Assembly: GCA_964453405.1 (NCBI GenBank)
Contig: CAYVOF010000001.1
Location: 1,531-65,530, forward strand
Length of the DNA: 64,000 bases
Source of the DNA: an uncultured Candidatus Saccharibacteria bacterium
Lineage (GTDB): Bacteria > Patescibacteriota > Doudnabacteria > UBA920
Reading direction: 5' to 3'
Shown here piece by piece: positions 31,239-40,437 of this stretch. Under the pieces are notes generated by a model. The model worked only from the letters and a program-made list of their open reading frames with translations. It made no database searches and was not told where the DNA came from. Within the stretch, counting starts at the first letter, position 1, and every line of letters starts with the position of its first letter. The position numbers and the translations under genes are program-made.

Positions 31239-32909
31239 ATGAGTCAGCCAATTTTTAGAACTCGCACTCGCGTTGATCGTCTTTGGGAGATTATTCCAGG
31301 CCTGTCATTTTGGACAGTCTTTTTTGGCGCCATTTTGTTGTCTTACTACCGACCGGTCTGGGCAGCAATTTTTATTGTTTGTTTTGACTTGTACTGGGTA
31401 CTCAAGGCCTGTAATGTAGCTGTGCATTTAATCGCCAGCTATCGTCGGTTCCGTGTGTATGTGACATTAGATTGGCTTGAATATGTCGAATTACTCCCAC
31501 AAAGAGATAAATTAATCGCTCTATATAAATCACGTATTCCTCAAGCAACCCGTGCATTGGAACGCAAGTTTTATCGCCAACAAATTAAGCGTTTAAATCG
31601 CCCAATTGAGAATGAGGTTATTAACAGAAGCTACCGCGATTTTTATCATGTAATTGTGATTCCTTTTGTAGATGAAAGTTTTCAAATTTTAAGTTCTACT
31701 TTAGAAGCGTTGACCGAAGTACAATATCCAAAAGATCGTATGATGTTAATCTTAGCTTCCGAAGAGCGTGCTGGGGCAGCTGCGCAAGAAGTTGCTCAAC
31801 AAATACAAACAAAATTTGGTCCTATCTTTGCCAAGATGTTTGTTACGATTCACCCTGATGGATTGCCAGGAGAAATAAAAGGAAAGAGTGCTAATGCTAG
31901 TTACGCAGTATCGACAATCGTTCCAGAGTTAGAAGCAATGGGTATCAAGCAAGATGAAGTTTTGATTTCCAACTTTGATAGCGATACAATTGTGCATCCG
32001 CAATATTTTACTCGTGTGATGTATGAATTTTTAACTAACCACAAACCGTACCGTCGTAGTTATCAGCCAGTGTCAGTTTATAATAATAATATTTGGGATA
32101 GTCCGGCGTTTATTCGCGTGGTATCTGTATCAAACTCTTTCTGGCAATTTACAGAAAGCTCTCGACCGGATCGCTTGCGTACTTTTTCTTCTCACACAAT
32201 GACGCTCAAAGCCTTGGTAGAAATCGGTTACTGGAAAAAAGATTTAATCAACGAAGATGGTTATGTATTTTGGCAGTGCTATTTACATTATAAAGGTGAC
32301 TACGAAGTTGTGCCTTTGTTCGTTCCTGTTTCTTTGGATACTTGTCTCGCCGACACTTTTTGGCAAACTTTAAAAAATCAGTACAAGCAAAAAAAGCGTT
32401 GGGCGTATAACGTGGAATATTATCCGCATTTAGTTCCAGCATTATTAAAAAGCAAAGCGCCATTTTTTGATCGCATGTATAAGTTATTTCAATATATAGA
32501 AGGAAACTTTAACTGGGCAACAGCGAGTTTGTTAATTTCGATTTTGGGATGGCTGCCATTAATTATCGGTGGTGCAGAGTTTCAGCAAACTGTTGTGGCG
32601 TATAATTTACCAACCGCGACCCGAACATTAATGACCATTGCCACTGCGTTTTTAATCTTTAGCGTCTATATTAACTTAATTTTATTGCCGCCACGACCCA
32701 AAAAATACGGTTGGGGGAAGAGCGTTATGATGTATCTGCAGTGGTTTTTGGTACCAATTACTTCGGTAATATTTGGTAGTTTGCCTGCTATTGAAGCGCA
32801 GACTCGCTTAATGTTTGGTTGGTATTTGGAATTTTGGGTTACGCCTAAAGCTCGCAAAGGTGAAGTAACTGGCAAAGATATGCCAGAGATGAAGCAGATT
32901 CACCATTAG
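31239..32909 (+). CDS. Membrane GT2-family glycosyltransferase
   Basis: KGKSAN, FDSD, NEDG, QKKRW processive-GT2 motifs. Confidence 0.85.
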   Translation: MSQPIFRTRTRVDRLWEIIPGLSFWTVFFGAILLSYYRPVWAAIFIVCFDLYWVLKACNVAVHLIASYRRFRVYVTLDWLEYVELLPQRDKLIALYKSRIPQATRALERKFYRQQIKRLNRPIENEVINRSYRDFYHVIVIPFVDESFQILSSTLEALTEVQYPKDRMMLILASEERAGAAAQEVAQQIQTKFGPIFAKMFVTIHPDGLPGEIKGKSANASYAVSTIVPELEAMGIKQDEVLISNFDSDTIVHPQYFTRVMYEFLTNHKPYRRSYQPVSVYNNNIWDSPAFIRVVSVSNSFWQFTESSRPDRLRTFSSHTMTLKALVEIGYWKKDLINEDGYVFWQCYLHYKGDYEVVPLFVPVSLDTCLADTFWQTLKNQYKQKKRWAYNVEYYPHLVPALLKSKAPFFDRMYKLFQYIEGNFNWATASLLISILGWLPLIIGGAEFQQTVVAYNLPTATRTLMTIATAFLIFSVYINLILLPPRPKKYGWGKSVMMYLQWFLVPITSVIFGSLPAIEAQTRLMFGWYLEFWVTPKARKGEVTGKDMPEMKQIHH

Positions 32910-32925
32910 TTATAATTAAATTGCT

Positions 32926-33999
32926 ATGCCTTACTCTTCATTTTTTATTTTAGCTCTAGTGTTAGCAGCTGTGATTACACCTCTGGTTCGCCGCTTTGCT
33001 ACACGCTTTGGTTATATGGACATTCCGCGCCCACCGCGCAATCTCCATAACAAACCTGTGGCAAAATTGGGAGGTGTCGCGATTTATCTAGCGGTGGTTA
33101 TAGCGATTGGAGTTTTTTGGTTAACCGGTGGAATTGATTTTAATATTGTGCCGGAGCGGTTTATTTTAGCAATCATTTTGGGAGGTGCTGTTTTAGTTGC
33201 GAGTGGGTTAATCGATGATAAGTATGATTTGTCCGCTAAGTACTTGGCTATTTTTCCCATTGTCGCCGCTCTCGTAGTTGTATTTTCTGGAATTGGTATA
33301 GGAATTAAATTTTTATCTAATCCATTTGGTGATCCAATCAGTTTAGGTTTTGGTGTGATAGGAGTTCCTGCGTCAGGGATTTTTATTTTTTTGTGGTTAC
33401 TCGGAATGATGTTTACCACCAAGTTTTTGGATGGTCTTGATGGTCTTGTGGCTGGGATTGGTCTGATAGCTGGTTTAACTTTGTTTGCACTGTCATTAAG
33501 TTCACAAGTAAATCAACCTATTACTGCCACCTTGTGTATTATTTTAGTCGGCGCTTTAGCTGGTTATTTAATTTATGCTTTTAATCCGGCGTCGATATTT
33601 TTAGGCGAAGGCGGAAGCACTATAGTCGGATTTTTCTTGGGCGTATTTTCTGTTATCTTAGGTGCAAAAATTGCCACTGCATTATTAGTAATGGGGATTC
33701 CAATTTTAGATGTGGCTTGGGTGATTGCTCAGCGCGTTTGGTATCGCAAGAGTCCGTTCATCGGTGATCGCTTGCATCTTCATTTTAAATTATTAGACTT
33801 AGGGTTCACACAAAAACAAACTGCACTAGTGTTGTATGGAATCTCAGCCGTGTTTGGATTTACTGCAGTATTTTTACAAGCACGTGGCAAACTTGTCGCA
33901 CTAATTATTTTATTTGCCTTAATGGCTGGATTAATTCTTGGCGTAATTTTTGCATACCGTCGGCGCCAAGCCCACGATGCTGCGCAAGTGGGTGGATAA
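32926..33999 (+). CDS. MraY/WecA/TagO-family polyprenyl-phosphate GlcNAc-1-P transferase
   Basis: LGGVAIY, DDK, DGLDGL, FNPASIFLG, HLH. Confidence 0.9.
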   Translation: MPYSSFFILALVLAAVITPLVRRFATRFGYMDIPRPPRNLHNKPVAKLGGVAIYLAVVIAIGVFWLTGGIDFNIVPERFILAIILGGAVLVASGLIDDKYDLSAKYLAIFPIVAALVVVFSGIGIGIKFLSNPFGDPISLGFGVIGVPASGIFIFLWLLGMMFTTKFLDGLDGLVAGIGLIAGLTLFALSLSSQVNQPITATLCIILVGALAGYLIYAFNPASIFLGEGGSTIVGFFLGVFSVILGAKIATALLVMGIPILDVAWVIAQRVWYRKSPFIGDRLHLHFKLLDLGFTQKQTALVLYGISAVFGFTAVFLQARGKLVALIILFALMAGLILGVIFAYRRRQAHDAAQVGG

Positions 34000-34101
34000 G
34001 TGTGTTGACTCAAGCGTTTATAATTGTTAGAATAGAATGTGTGAAAATTTTAACCCAAAATTTTCGCTACTCTAAACTCTGCACCCCTAGGAGGATTACA
34101 T

Positions 34102-34527
34102 GTGAAAGCCAAGCGAGTAGTTGAAGATGAGATAATAGATTATTATACTCGGCTGCGAAATCTTGTTAAGTCTAATCAAAACGGCAACGCTGAAAAGTTT
34201 TTTGACGATAACCATCTAATTAAGGTTTGGGAGCCCCTTTTGTATTACGCAATGACCAGAGGTAATTGCCAAGTGAGTAAGGTCATTTTAAAGCGGGTGG
34301 TTAGTTATCGACAGTTTACTTTAAGCGAATTGAGGGTTAAAACCTCATTGCTTTTGCACGACATTTCTTACGATTTTAGTAATCGAGTTAAATCTTACAT
34401 CACATCAGGTGAATTCGAAGCAGAATTCGCTAAATTCACAAATGTTGCAAGTACAGTACATGCTCAATTAAGAGGACGCACTGGAGATGGTGTGGTTAAT
34501 CTGAAAATGCACCACTTTTCTGGATAA
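34102..34527 (+). CDS. Hypothetical protein (accessory unit)
   Basis: TTGACT-17-TAGAAT at 34005-34033; AGGAGG SD; GTG start. Confidence 0.65.
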   Translation: MKAKRVVEDEIIDYYTRLRNLVKSNQNGNAEKFFDDNHLIKVWEPLLYYAMTRGNCQVSKVILKRVVSYRQFTLSELRVKTSLLLHDISYDFSNRVKSYITSGEFEAEFAKFTNVASTVHAQLRGRTGDGVVNLKMHHFSG

Positions 34528-34537
34528 CCCCTTACAA

Positions 34538-34574
34538 TTGACAAATTACCAGATAGTCGCTATGATTATCTGGT
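34538..34574 (+). promoter_or_regulatory. rplU promoter overlapping the upstream terminator hairpin
   Basis: TTGACA-17-TATGAT overlapping accagatagtc/gattatctggt inverted repeat. Confidence 0.6.
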
Positions 34575-34595
34575 ATTTATTTTTAACTATATTAT

Positions 34596-34904
34596 ATGTC
34601 ATTAGTCGTTATTGCCACCGGCGGAAAGCAGTATTTGGTTGCCAAAGGTGAAAGAATTCAAATTGAAAAGCTTGCCGGAGAAGAAGGCGATAAAGTGATC
34701 TTTGATCAAGTTTTAGCCAACATTTCCGAAAGTGATTATGAGCTTGGTAAGCCTATCTTAGAAGGCAAAACTGTTGAAGGTAAAATCCTTAAACAAGGCC
34801 GAAGCCCTAAGATTCACGTCTTAAAGTATAAAGCTAAGAGCAAGTACCGAAAAAAGATCGGTCATCGCCAAGCTTTTACCGAAGTCGAAATCACCAAGAT
34901 TTAA
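34596..34904 (+). CDS. rplU: 50S ribosomal protein L21
   Basis: TGGKQYLV, GHRQ. Confidence 0.97.
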   Translation: MSLVVIATGGKQYLVAKGERIQIEKLAGEEGDKVIFDQVLANISESDYELGKPILEGKTVEGKILKQGRSPKIHVLKYKAKSKYRKKIGHRQAFTEVEITKI

Positions 34905-34913
34905 ATTCAAAAC

Positions 34914-34943
34914 AAACCGCTCACTATGTGTGGGCGGTTTTTT
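34914..34943 (+). terminator. Intrinsic terminator
   Basis: aaaccgctcac...gtgggcggtttttt. Confidence 0.75.
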
Positions 34944-35016
34944 GTTGCCTTGACAACATTAACTTTTTATACTATACTATGACGTTAGAAAATTTTAGAG
35001 GGGGATGTAATTATAG

Positions 35017-36063
35017 ATGAAAATCTTAGAAGCCTTTTTATTTCGGATGATATTAAATGCATCCTTAAAGAAATTAATTTTAGTTGTTGTGGGTATATTC
35101 TTTTTTGGTGCTTTGATTATGCCTTTGGCCGAACCATCAGATAGTGCTCTTCAGCACTTTGGTAATTATTCATGGTGGTTTACTGTATCGATTACTGGTA
35201 CAGGTTACGGCGATATTGTTCCCGTAACCAGACTAGGACGTTTGATGGCTGGTATTGTTATGTGGACCGGTTATTTAGGGATTACGATGTACATTATCAG
35301 CAAGTTATTTACAATAGCTCATAGCGAACAGGAGAAAAGAATGAAAGGTTTGGTACCGTTAAATTTGAAGAATCATACTGTTATTTTTGGTAACAGAGGC
35401 GATGAGACTTTAAAGCTCGTTGAGTCTTTAAAGAATGATAAAGAAGCATCTCAAGAACCCGTGGTTCTTTGCTCGATGTTGACAACTGAGAATCCGTTTC
35501 CGGATGAGGTTGACTTCGTACATGGTGAACTTACTTCTGATGATGTAATGGTTCGCGCTTGTGTGGCGGACGCTGATCGAATTATTGTTCATTCTGATAC
35601 TGATCAAAAGTCAATCATTATTGCTAATGCTGTGAGGTATCATAATCCAACAGCGACAGTGGTCATCAATTTGGATAATCCCGACAACGAGGTTCACTTA
35701 CATCGAATTGGCGTTGGCAACAAAGTTGCTTGCGTTAAGCCTATGAATGTTCCGATGATTGTTCGGGAGATTACCAACCCAGGAATTACTCGACAGATTG
35801 AAGGCCTGCTAGGTAATACAGGACAGGAATTTTATTCCTTAACTGTTCCGTCTGGAGCACGCGAGCAAACCTTTGGAGAATTGGCCGCCAACTTATTATT
35901 GGATTGCCAATCTTTGTTGTATGCAGTTGTCCCAAATCCAAAAGCTGACACTGAGGCAGTCATTAATCCAGGTACTGAATTTGTTATCAGTCCTGGAATG
36001 AAAGTCTCATATATGGCAGTTGAGCGATTGAGCCCTCAGCAGATTTCTGAGGTGTTTAGTTAG
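35017..36063 (+). CDS. 2-TM potassium channel with RCK/TrkA-N domain
   Basis: WWFTVSITGTGYGDIVP pore loop, HTVIFG, FVHGELT; promoter TTGACA-17-TATACT at 34950-34978. Confidence 0.88.
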   Translation: MKILEAFLFRMILNASLKKLILVVVGIFFFGALIMPLAEPSDSALQHFGNYSWWFTVSITGTGYGDIVPVTRLGRLMAGIVMWTGYLGITMYIISKLFTIAHSEQEKRMKGLVPLNLKNHTVIFGNRGDETLKLVESLKNDKEASQEPVVLCSMLTTENPFPDEVDFVHGELTSDDVMVRACVADADRIIVHSDTDQKSIIIANAVRYHNPTATVVINLDNPDNEVHLHRIGVGNKVACVKPMNVPMIVREITNPGITRQIEGLLGNTGQEFYSLTVPSGAREQTFGELAANLLLDCQSLLYAVVPNPKADTEAVINPGTEFVISPGMKVSYMAVERLSPQQISEVFS

Positions 36064-36080
36064 GATTTTTAGTTAGGAAC

Positions 36081-36113
36081 ATACCCTGTTATAACAATAA
36101 CGGGGTATTTTTT
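36081..36113 (+). terminator. Intrinsic terminator
   Basis: ataccctgtta...taacggggtat plus T-tract. Confidence 0.7.
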
Positions 36114-36215
36114 AATCTTGACAATGATTAGTAAATATGCTACAATCTGCAGTCAGAGTGCTAAATTGAAGACTCTGAAGATTTTGATAAAAATGTAATG
36201 GAGGCATTTGAATAT

Positions 36216-36779
36216 ATGAGATTAGTGTTATTTGCTTTGGTACCAGCTGTGGTGGTATTTGTCGTTACTTTACTTTTCGGTTTTTCCGAAACCGCAATAG
36301 TTATTTCTACCGGAGTGGGAGCTGTGCTGGGAGTAATCGTTGGGTTTGCGTCCACCCCAGACTATGATGACGATGAGTTATTTTCTCGCTCATCCAATCG
36401 AAGGAGTAACTATGGCGACGGTGTCGGGAGTGCACGAGGCTCAGGGCCTGACAGCCCTCCATCTCAGCGCACTGGGTCGCAGAAACGGCGTGATAACTCG
36501 GGTGTTGTTACAGACTCATCGTCACCATTCGATTATGGATATGGTGATTCTACTCACTCATCGTCACACACGGCTGACAGTCCTACTAGTCATGAGTCTG
36601 GCGGTCATTCTTTTGGTGGCGGCGGAGACTTTGGTGGCGGCGGAGCAGGTGGAAGTTTTGGTATCAGTCATTCTAGCAGCGCTTCCCATTCCGATACCAG
36701 TAGCCACTCTGACAGTGGTGGCAGCAGTGGAGGTGACAGTGGCGGAGGTGGTGACGGCGGGGGCGGAGGTGGTGATTAA
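36216..36779 (+). CDS. 2-TM protein with Gly/Ser-rich low-complexity tail
   Basis: TTGACA-17-TACAAT at 36118-36146; GGAGG SD; FGGGGDFGGGGAGGSF tail. Confidence 0.75.
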   Translation: MRLVLFALVPAVVVFVVTLLFGFSETAIVISTGVGAVLGVIVGFASTPDYDDDELFSRSSNRRSNYGDGVGSARGSGPDSPPSQRTGSQKRRDNSGVVTDSSSPFDYGYGDSTHSSSHTADSPTSHESGGHSFGGGGDFGGGGAGGSFGISHSSSASHSDTSSHSDSGGSSGGDSGGGGDGGGGGGD

Positions 36780-36797
36780 TATATCACCACATTAGTT

Positions 36798-36827
36798 TAA
36801 AGAGATGCAAATACGCATCTCTTTTTT
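36798..36827. terminator. Bidirectional terminator
   Basis: aaagagatgc-aaatac-gcatctcttt. Confidence 0.75.
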
Positions 36828-36839
36828 ATTTTGTATATT

Positions 36840-37271
36840 TTATTTTCCCGCCGGCTCAATCCCTAACTCTTTAAGCTTAGCTTGATACACCTCGTAATCT
36901 TCTAAGTAGTCGCTGCGATCGGGATTGTGTTTAGTAGAAGAGACCGCGAGCATTACTGAATTTGGTTCGTAGTCTTTAAAGCCGTGCCAGACGTAGTTGC
37001 CACAATATATGCCATCGCCCTGCTTCATGGGAATTTCTTCTTTGCCGTAACCTCGATCAATAATTGCGGTACAGCCGCCTGTGGCCATGACGAATAATTC
37101 CTTCTCTATATAATGACAGTGTTGGCCAGTATTACCGTTAAGGTCAGTTAAATAATACACACGTTTGATATCAAAATCTACATAAGTAGCAGCATCGATT
37201 TCGAAAAGTTCGTACAAATTGTCGCGACCCTTAACATGTTTAATCTCGTATTTTTTAAATTCTAGTTGCAT
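36840..37271 (-). CDS. FdtA/QdtA-family cupin (NDP-sugar 3,4-ketoisomerase-like)
   Basis: FDIKRVYY, GQHCH, VWH, DYLEDYE. Confidence 0.85.
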   Translation of the reverse strand: MQLEFKKYEIKHVKGRDNLYELFEIDAATYVDFDIKRVYYLTDLNGNTGQHCHYIEKELFVMATGGCTAIIDRGYGKEEIPMKQGDGIYCGNYVWHGFKDYEPNSVMLAVSSTKHNPDRSDYLEDYEVYQAKLKELGIEPAGK

Positions 37272-37332
37272 GTTGACATGCTACCAAAAATAATGTATTG
37301 TTACAAGTCGATCAATTTTTAGGAGGAATAAA

Positions 37333-38178
37333 ATGGTTACAATAATTAAGCTTGAACCAATAAGTTTGGGTAAAATGTTTCGTGACTTGAAACGGTTTTT
37401 GAACAGGCAGATCAAAATTGGTGCTTTGGCCGGAAAATGGGGCATTGAACAAGAAAGACTTTTAAACCAATCCGCTATCCGTATGTATGCGCTAATGACA
37501 ATGATAGCTGCAGATATACTCCCTACTAAAAGTTCACCAATTTTTTTACACGTCCGTCATGACTATGAGAAAGTAGTAAAGGCAGCCGCTAATATTTATC
37601 ATTTGGGACAAAATCTTCCTATTTATCTGGAAGGCAGTGAAGGGCAACATCGTGATGACCCATTTCCTAATGGAAAACCTGGAGTTATTAACGGAGGTTT
37701 TAATTTCTGGTACAGACAGTTGAGAAGATTACATGTTCCCTCTGATGATATTATTCCGACAGGTCCATCTTATAATACCCCTGATGAGACTTTAGAGCTT
37801 TTAAAATTAGCTCGTTATAACAATTGGGATAGTGTTATTATCATTGGCAATTCATACCAAATGCTGCGCATTGTTCTTGGTACAATTCAATGGATGAAAA
37901 AAGAAAATTTTTGGTTGAAGTGCCATTTTGTGATGCCAAGCGGTTATGAATGGACTCAAAAAATGAGAGGTCCTCAAGATTCAGAAGAAGGTGATTTATT
38001 TGACCAATTTTGGATTGAGTACAAACGCATTATCGAATACCAGATCAAGGGTGACTTATGTTCACTTCAAGAAGCAATGAATTATCTGTGTTGGGGAAGA
38101 AATCTAATTAAAAATAATGTTCTTCCTGTAAACTTATTAAGTGAAGCTAGTGTAACCGAAACTAATTGGGTTTCGTAA
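37333..38178 (+). CDS. DUF218/YdcF (ElyC)-like protein (accessory unit)
   Basis: SYNTPDET...VIIIGNSYQMLR resembles the DUF218 motifs; TTGACA-17-TATTGT; AGGAGG SD. Confidence 0.6.
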   Translation: MVTIIKLEPISLGKMFRDLKRFLNRQIKIGALAGKWGIEQERLLNQSAIRMYALMTMIAADILPTKSSPIFLHVRHDYEKVVKAAANIYHLGQNLPIYLEGSEGQHRDDPFPNGKPGVINGGFNFWYRQLRRLHVPSDDIIPTGPSYNTPDETLELLKLARYNNWDSVIIIGNSYQMLRIVLGTIQWMKKENFWLKCHFVMPSGYEWTQKMRGPQDSEEGDLFDQFWIEYKRIIEYQIKGDLCSLQEAMNYLCWGRNLIKNNVLPVNLLSEASVTETNWVS

Positions 38179-38325
38179 TTAAAATGTAGCGAGTAAATTT
38201 ATTTACTCGTTTTTATTATGCTGATTTTGTCTTACATCTCCAAACATTTCAACTTTGACAAAAGACCCTACTTTGGTAGAATGAATTGTAGATTTACTTA
38301 GAAATAAACTTAAAAATCGTTAGAA

Positions 38326-40437
38326 ATGAAAGTATTAGTAACCGGTGGAGCAGGATTTATCGGTAGCAACTTTGTTCGCTACTGGTTAAAAAATCACCCT
38401 CACGACACAGTCGTGAATTTTGATGCGCTTACTTATGCCGGAAACTTAGATAGCCTTCATGATTTAACAGTTAATCCCGAAACCAAAGATCGCTATAAAT
38501 TTATTCATGGCGATATTACCGATCCAATCGCAGTGCGCGAAGCAATGCGCGGTGTTGATTTAGTGGCGCACTTTGCGGCAAATTCTCACGTCGATCGCAG
38601 TATTGTTGAGCCGGGAAATTTTGTTAACACTAACGTGATGGGTACACAGGTTTTATTAGAAGAAGCTAAGAACGCAGGCGTGTGGCGTTTTCATCATGTG
38701 TCCACTGACGAAGTTTACGGAACACTGACTGTTGATGGTGATGAACTCTTTACCGAAGACACTAAGTACGCTCCCAACAATCCATACTCTGCTAGCAAGG
38801 CTGGTTCGGACATGGTCGTTCGTTCTTATTACAAGACTTACGATTTTCCTGCAACAATTACCAACACCTCCAACAACTTTGGTGCGTATCAGTTTCCAGA
38901 AAAATTTATCCCGTTGTGTATCACTCGTTTACTAGATGGCAAGAATATTCGGTTACATGGCAAAGGCGATCACATTCGTGATTGGTTGTTCGTCGAAGAT
39001 CATTGCCGTGCGATTGAACAAGTATTGCGCCGTGGCAAACTCGGCGAAGTTTATTTGGTTGCTGGTCGTGCGCAACTTTCTACTTTAGAAGTGGCACAAC
39101 GCATTTGTAAAGTCATGGGTGTAGGTGAAGATCGAATTGAATTCGTTCCTGATCGTCCAAGTAATGACAAAGCTTACAAACTCGACTGGAGCAAAATTAA
39201 TCGCGAACTTGGTTGGGAACCGTTGTTCAGTTTTGATGAATGGCTAGAACAAACTATCAATTGGTATCAAAATAACGAAGCTTGGTGGCGCCCACTAGTT
39301 AAACAGGGCTTTAGCTGGGGCAGTGTTGGTCACAAAGAAGAAGAAACAGAAGGTAAGGCTGTTAGTGTTCAGCAATCTGCTTACGGAAAAGCCAGTGAAG
39401 CTATTTCTAACTCGTCTGATTCACAACCAATTACTTTTTTAGAAAATTCCGGAATTCCAGCTAAACATCATTCAGATCAAAAACAGAAGGTATTAATTTT
39501 TGGTAATGGCCAGATGAGCATGCATTTCCGCAAGCATTACGAAGCACAAGGCGTGGAGGTGGTTATCGCCGCGTTGCCAGAAGTTAATGTTTTGAACGAG
39601 GTTCAAGTTGCAAATACTATTGATCAAGTTAAACCAACAGTGGTCTTTAACTGTACTGGCATGACCAATGTTGATTGGTGTGAAGCTAATCAAGAAGAAG
39701 CCTTAGCGGTTAATGTTCGTGGTGCCGAAAATATTGCTCGTGCTTGCATGCAAAAAAATGTTTACATGGTTCATTTTTCTACCGGCTATGTTCATGACTC
39801 TAAAGATATTACTGACGAACGCACAGAACTTGATCGCCCGAATCCAATTAATTTTTATGCACATACAAAAGCTAAAGCTGATGAGAGCTTAGCGCAGATG
39901 GCCAAGGTTGGGTTGAAGGTTTTGATTGTTCGAACTAATGCTTTGTTATCCGCCGTGCCACATCCAAAAAATGTGTTGGCCAAGATGACAATCTATCAAA
40001 AGTTTCACGATACTTATAGTTCAATGACAATCATTGAGGATCTCGTGGTTGCTACAGCTAAATTAGTTGAACAGCAAAAAACTGGTTTGTACAACGTTGT
40101 AAACCCTGGATTAACTTCACCGCTACGAATTGCCAACATGCTAAAAGAAATTATTAATCCTGACATGCAAATCGAACAACTCAGTAAGGCTGATGTCGAA
40201 AAAATGTATGCCGTGTTGCGACCAGATAGTATTTTATCGATTGCAAAATTGAACCGCGAAGGAATCCAGATGCCAGAAATTAATCAACGCTTACGCGGAA
40301 TAATTACTGTATTGCGTGATAATCTACGAAGCGAATCTGCTAAAGAGATTATGACCTTTACTGCTCAAGAAGATCAAAAGAAAAAAGACCTTAAGCAGGT
40401 TCAAGTAATCAATAACTTATTTAACAAAAACAGTTAA
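38326..40437 (+). CDS. rfbB: NDP-glucose 4,6-dehydratase fused to an NRS/ER-like epimerase/reductase
   Basis: GGAGFIG, STDEVYG, YSASK; second SDR domain with NVDWCE, YAHTK, SMTIIEDL, YNVVNPG. Confidence 0.9.
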   Translation: MKVLVTGGAGFIGSNFVRYWLKNHPHDTVVNFDALTYAGNLDSLHDLTVNPETKDRYKFIHGDITDPIAVREAMRGVDLVAHFAANSHVDRSIVEPGNFVNTNVMGTQVLLEEAKNAGVWRFHHVSTDEVYGTLTVDGDELFTEDTKYAPNNPYSASKAGSDMVVRSYYKTYDFPATITNTSNNFGAYQFPEKFIPLCITRLLDGKNIRLHGKGDHIRDWLFVEDHCRAIEQVLRRGKLGEVYLVAGRAQLSTLEVAQRICKVMGVGEDRIEFVPDRPSNDKAYKLDWSKINRELGWEPLFSFDEWLEQTINWYQNNEAWWRPLVKQGFSWGSVGHKEEETEGKAVSVQQSAYGKASEAISNSSDSQPITFLENSGIPAKHHSDQKQKVLIFGNGQMSMHFRKHYEAQGVEVVIAALPEVNVLNEVQVANTIDQVKPTVVFNCTGMTNVDWCEANQEEALAVNVRGAENIARACMQKNVYMVHFSTGYVHDSKDITDERTELDRPNPINFYAHTKAKADESLAQMAKVGLKVLIVRTNALLSAVPHPKNVLAKMTIYQKFHDTYSSMTIIEDLVVATAKLVEQQKTGLYNVVNPGLTSPLRIANMLKEIINPDMQIEQLSKADVEKMYAVLRPDSILSIAKLNREGIQMPEINQRLRGIITVLRDNLRSESAKEIMTFTAQEDQKKKDLKQVQVINNLFNKNS

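Noticed and set aside
36055-36078. 11-bp direct repeat tttagttagga at the end of the K+ channel gene
   Set aside because: Only two adjacent copies, not flanking an element; probably slippage
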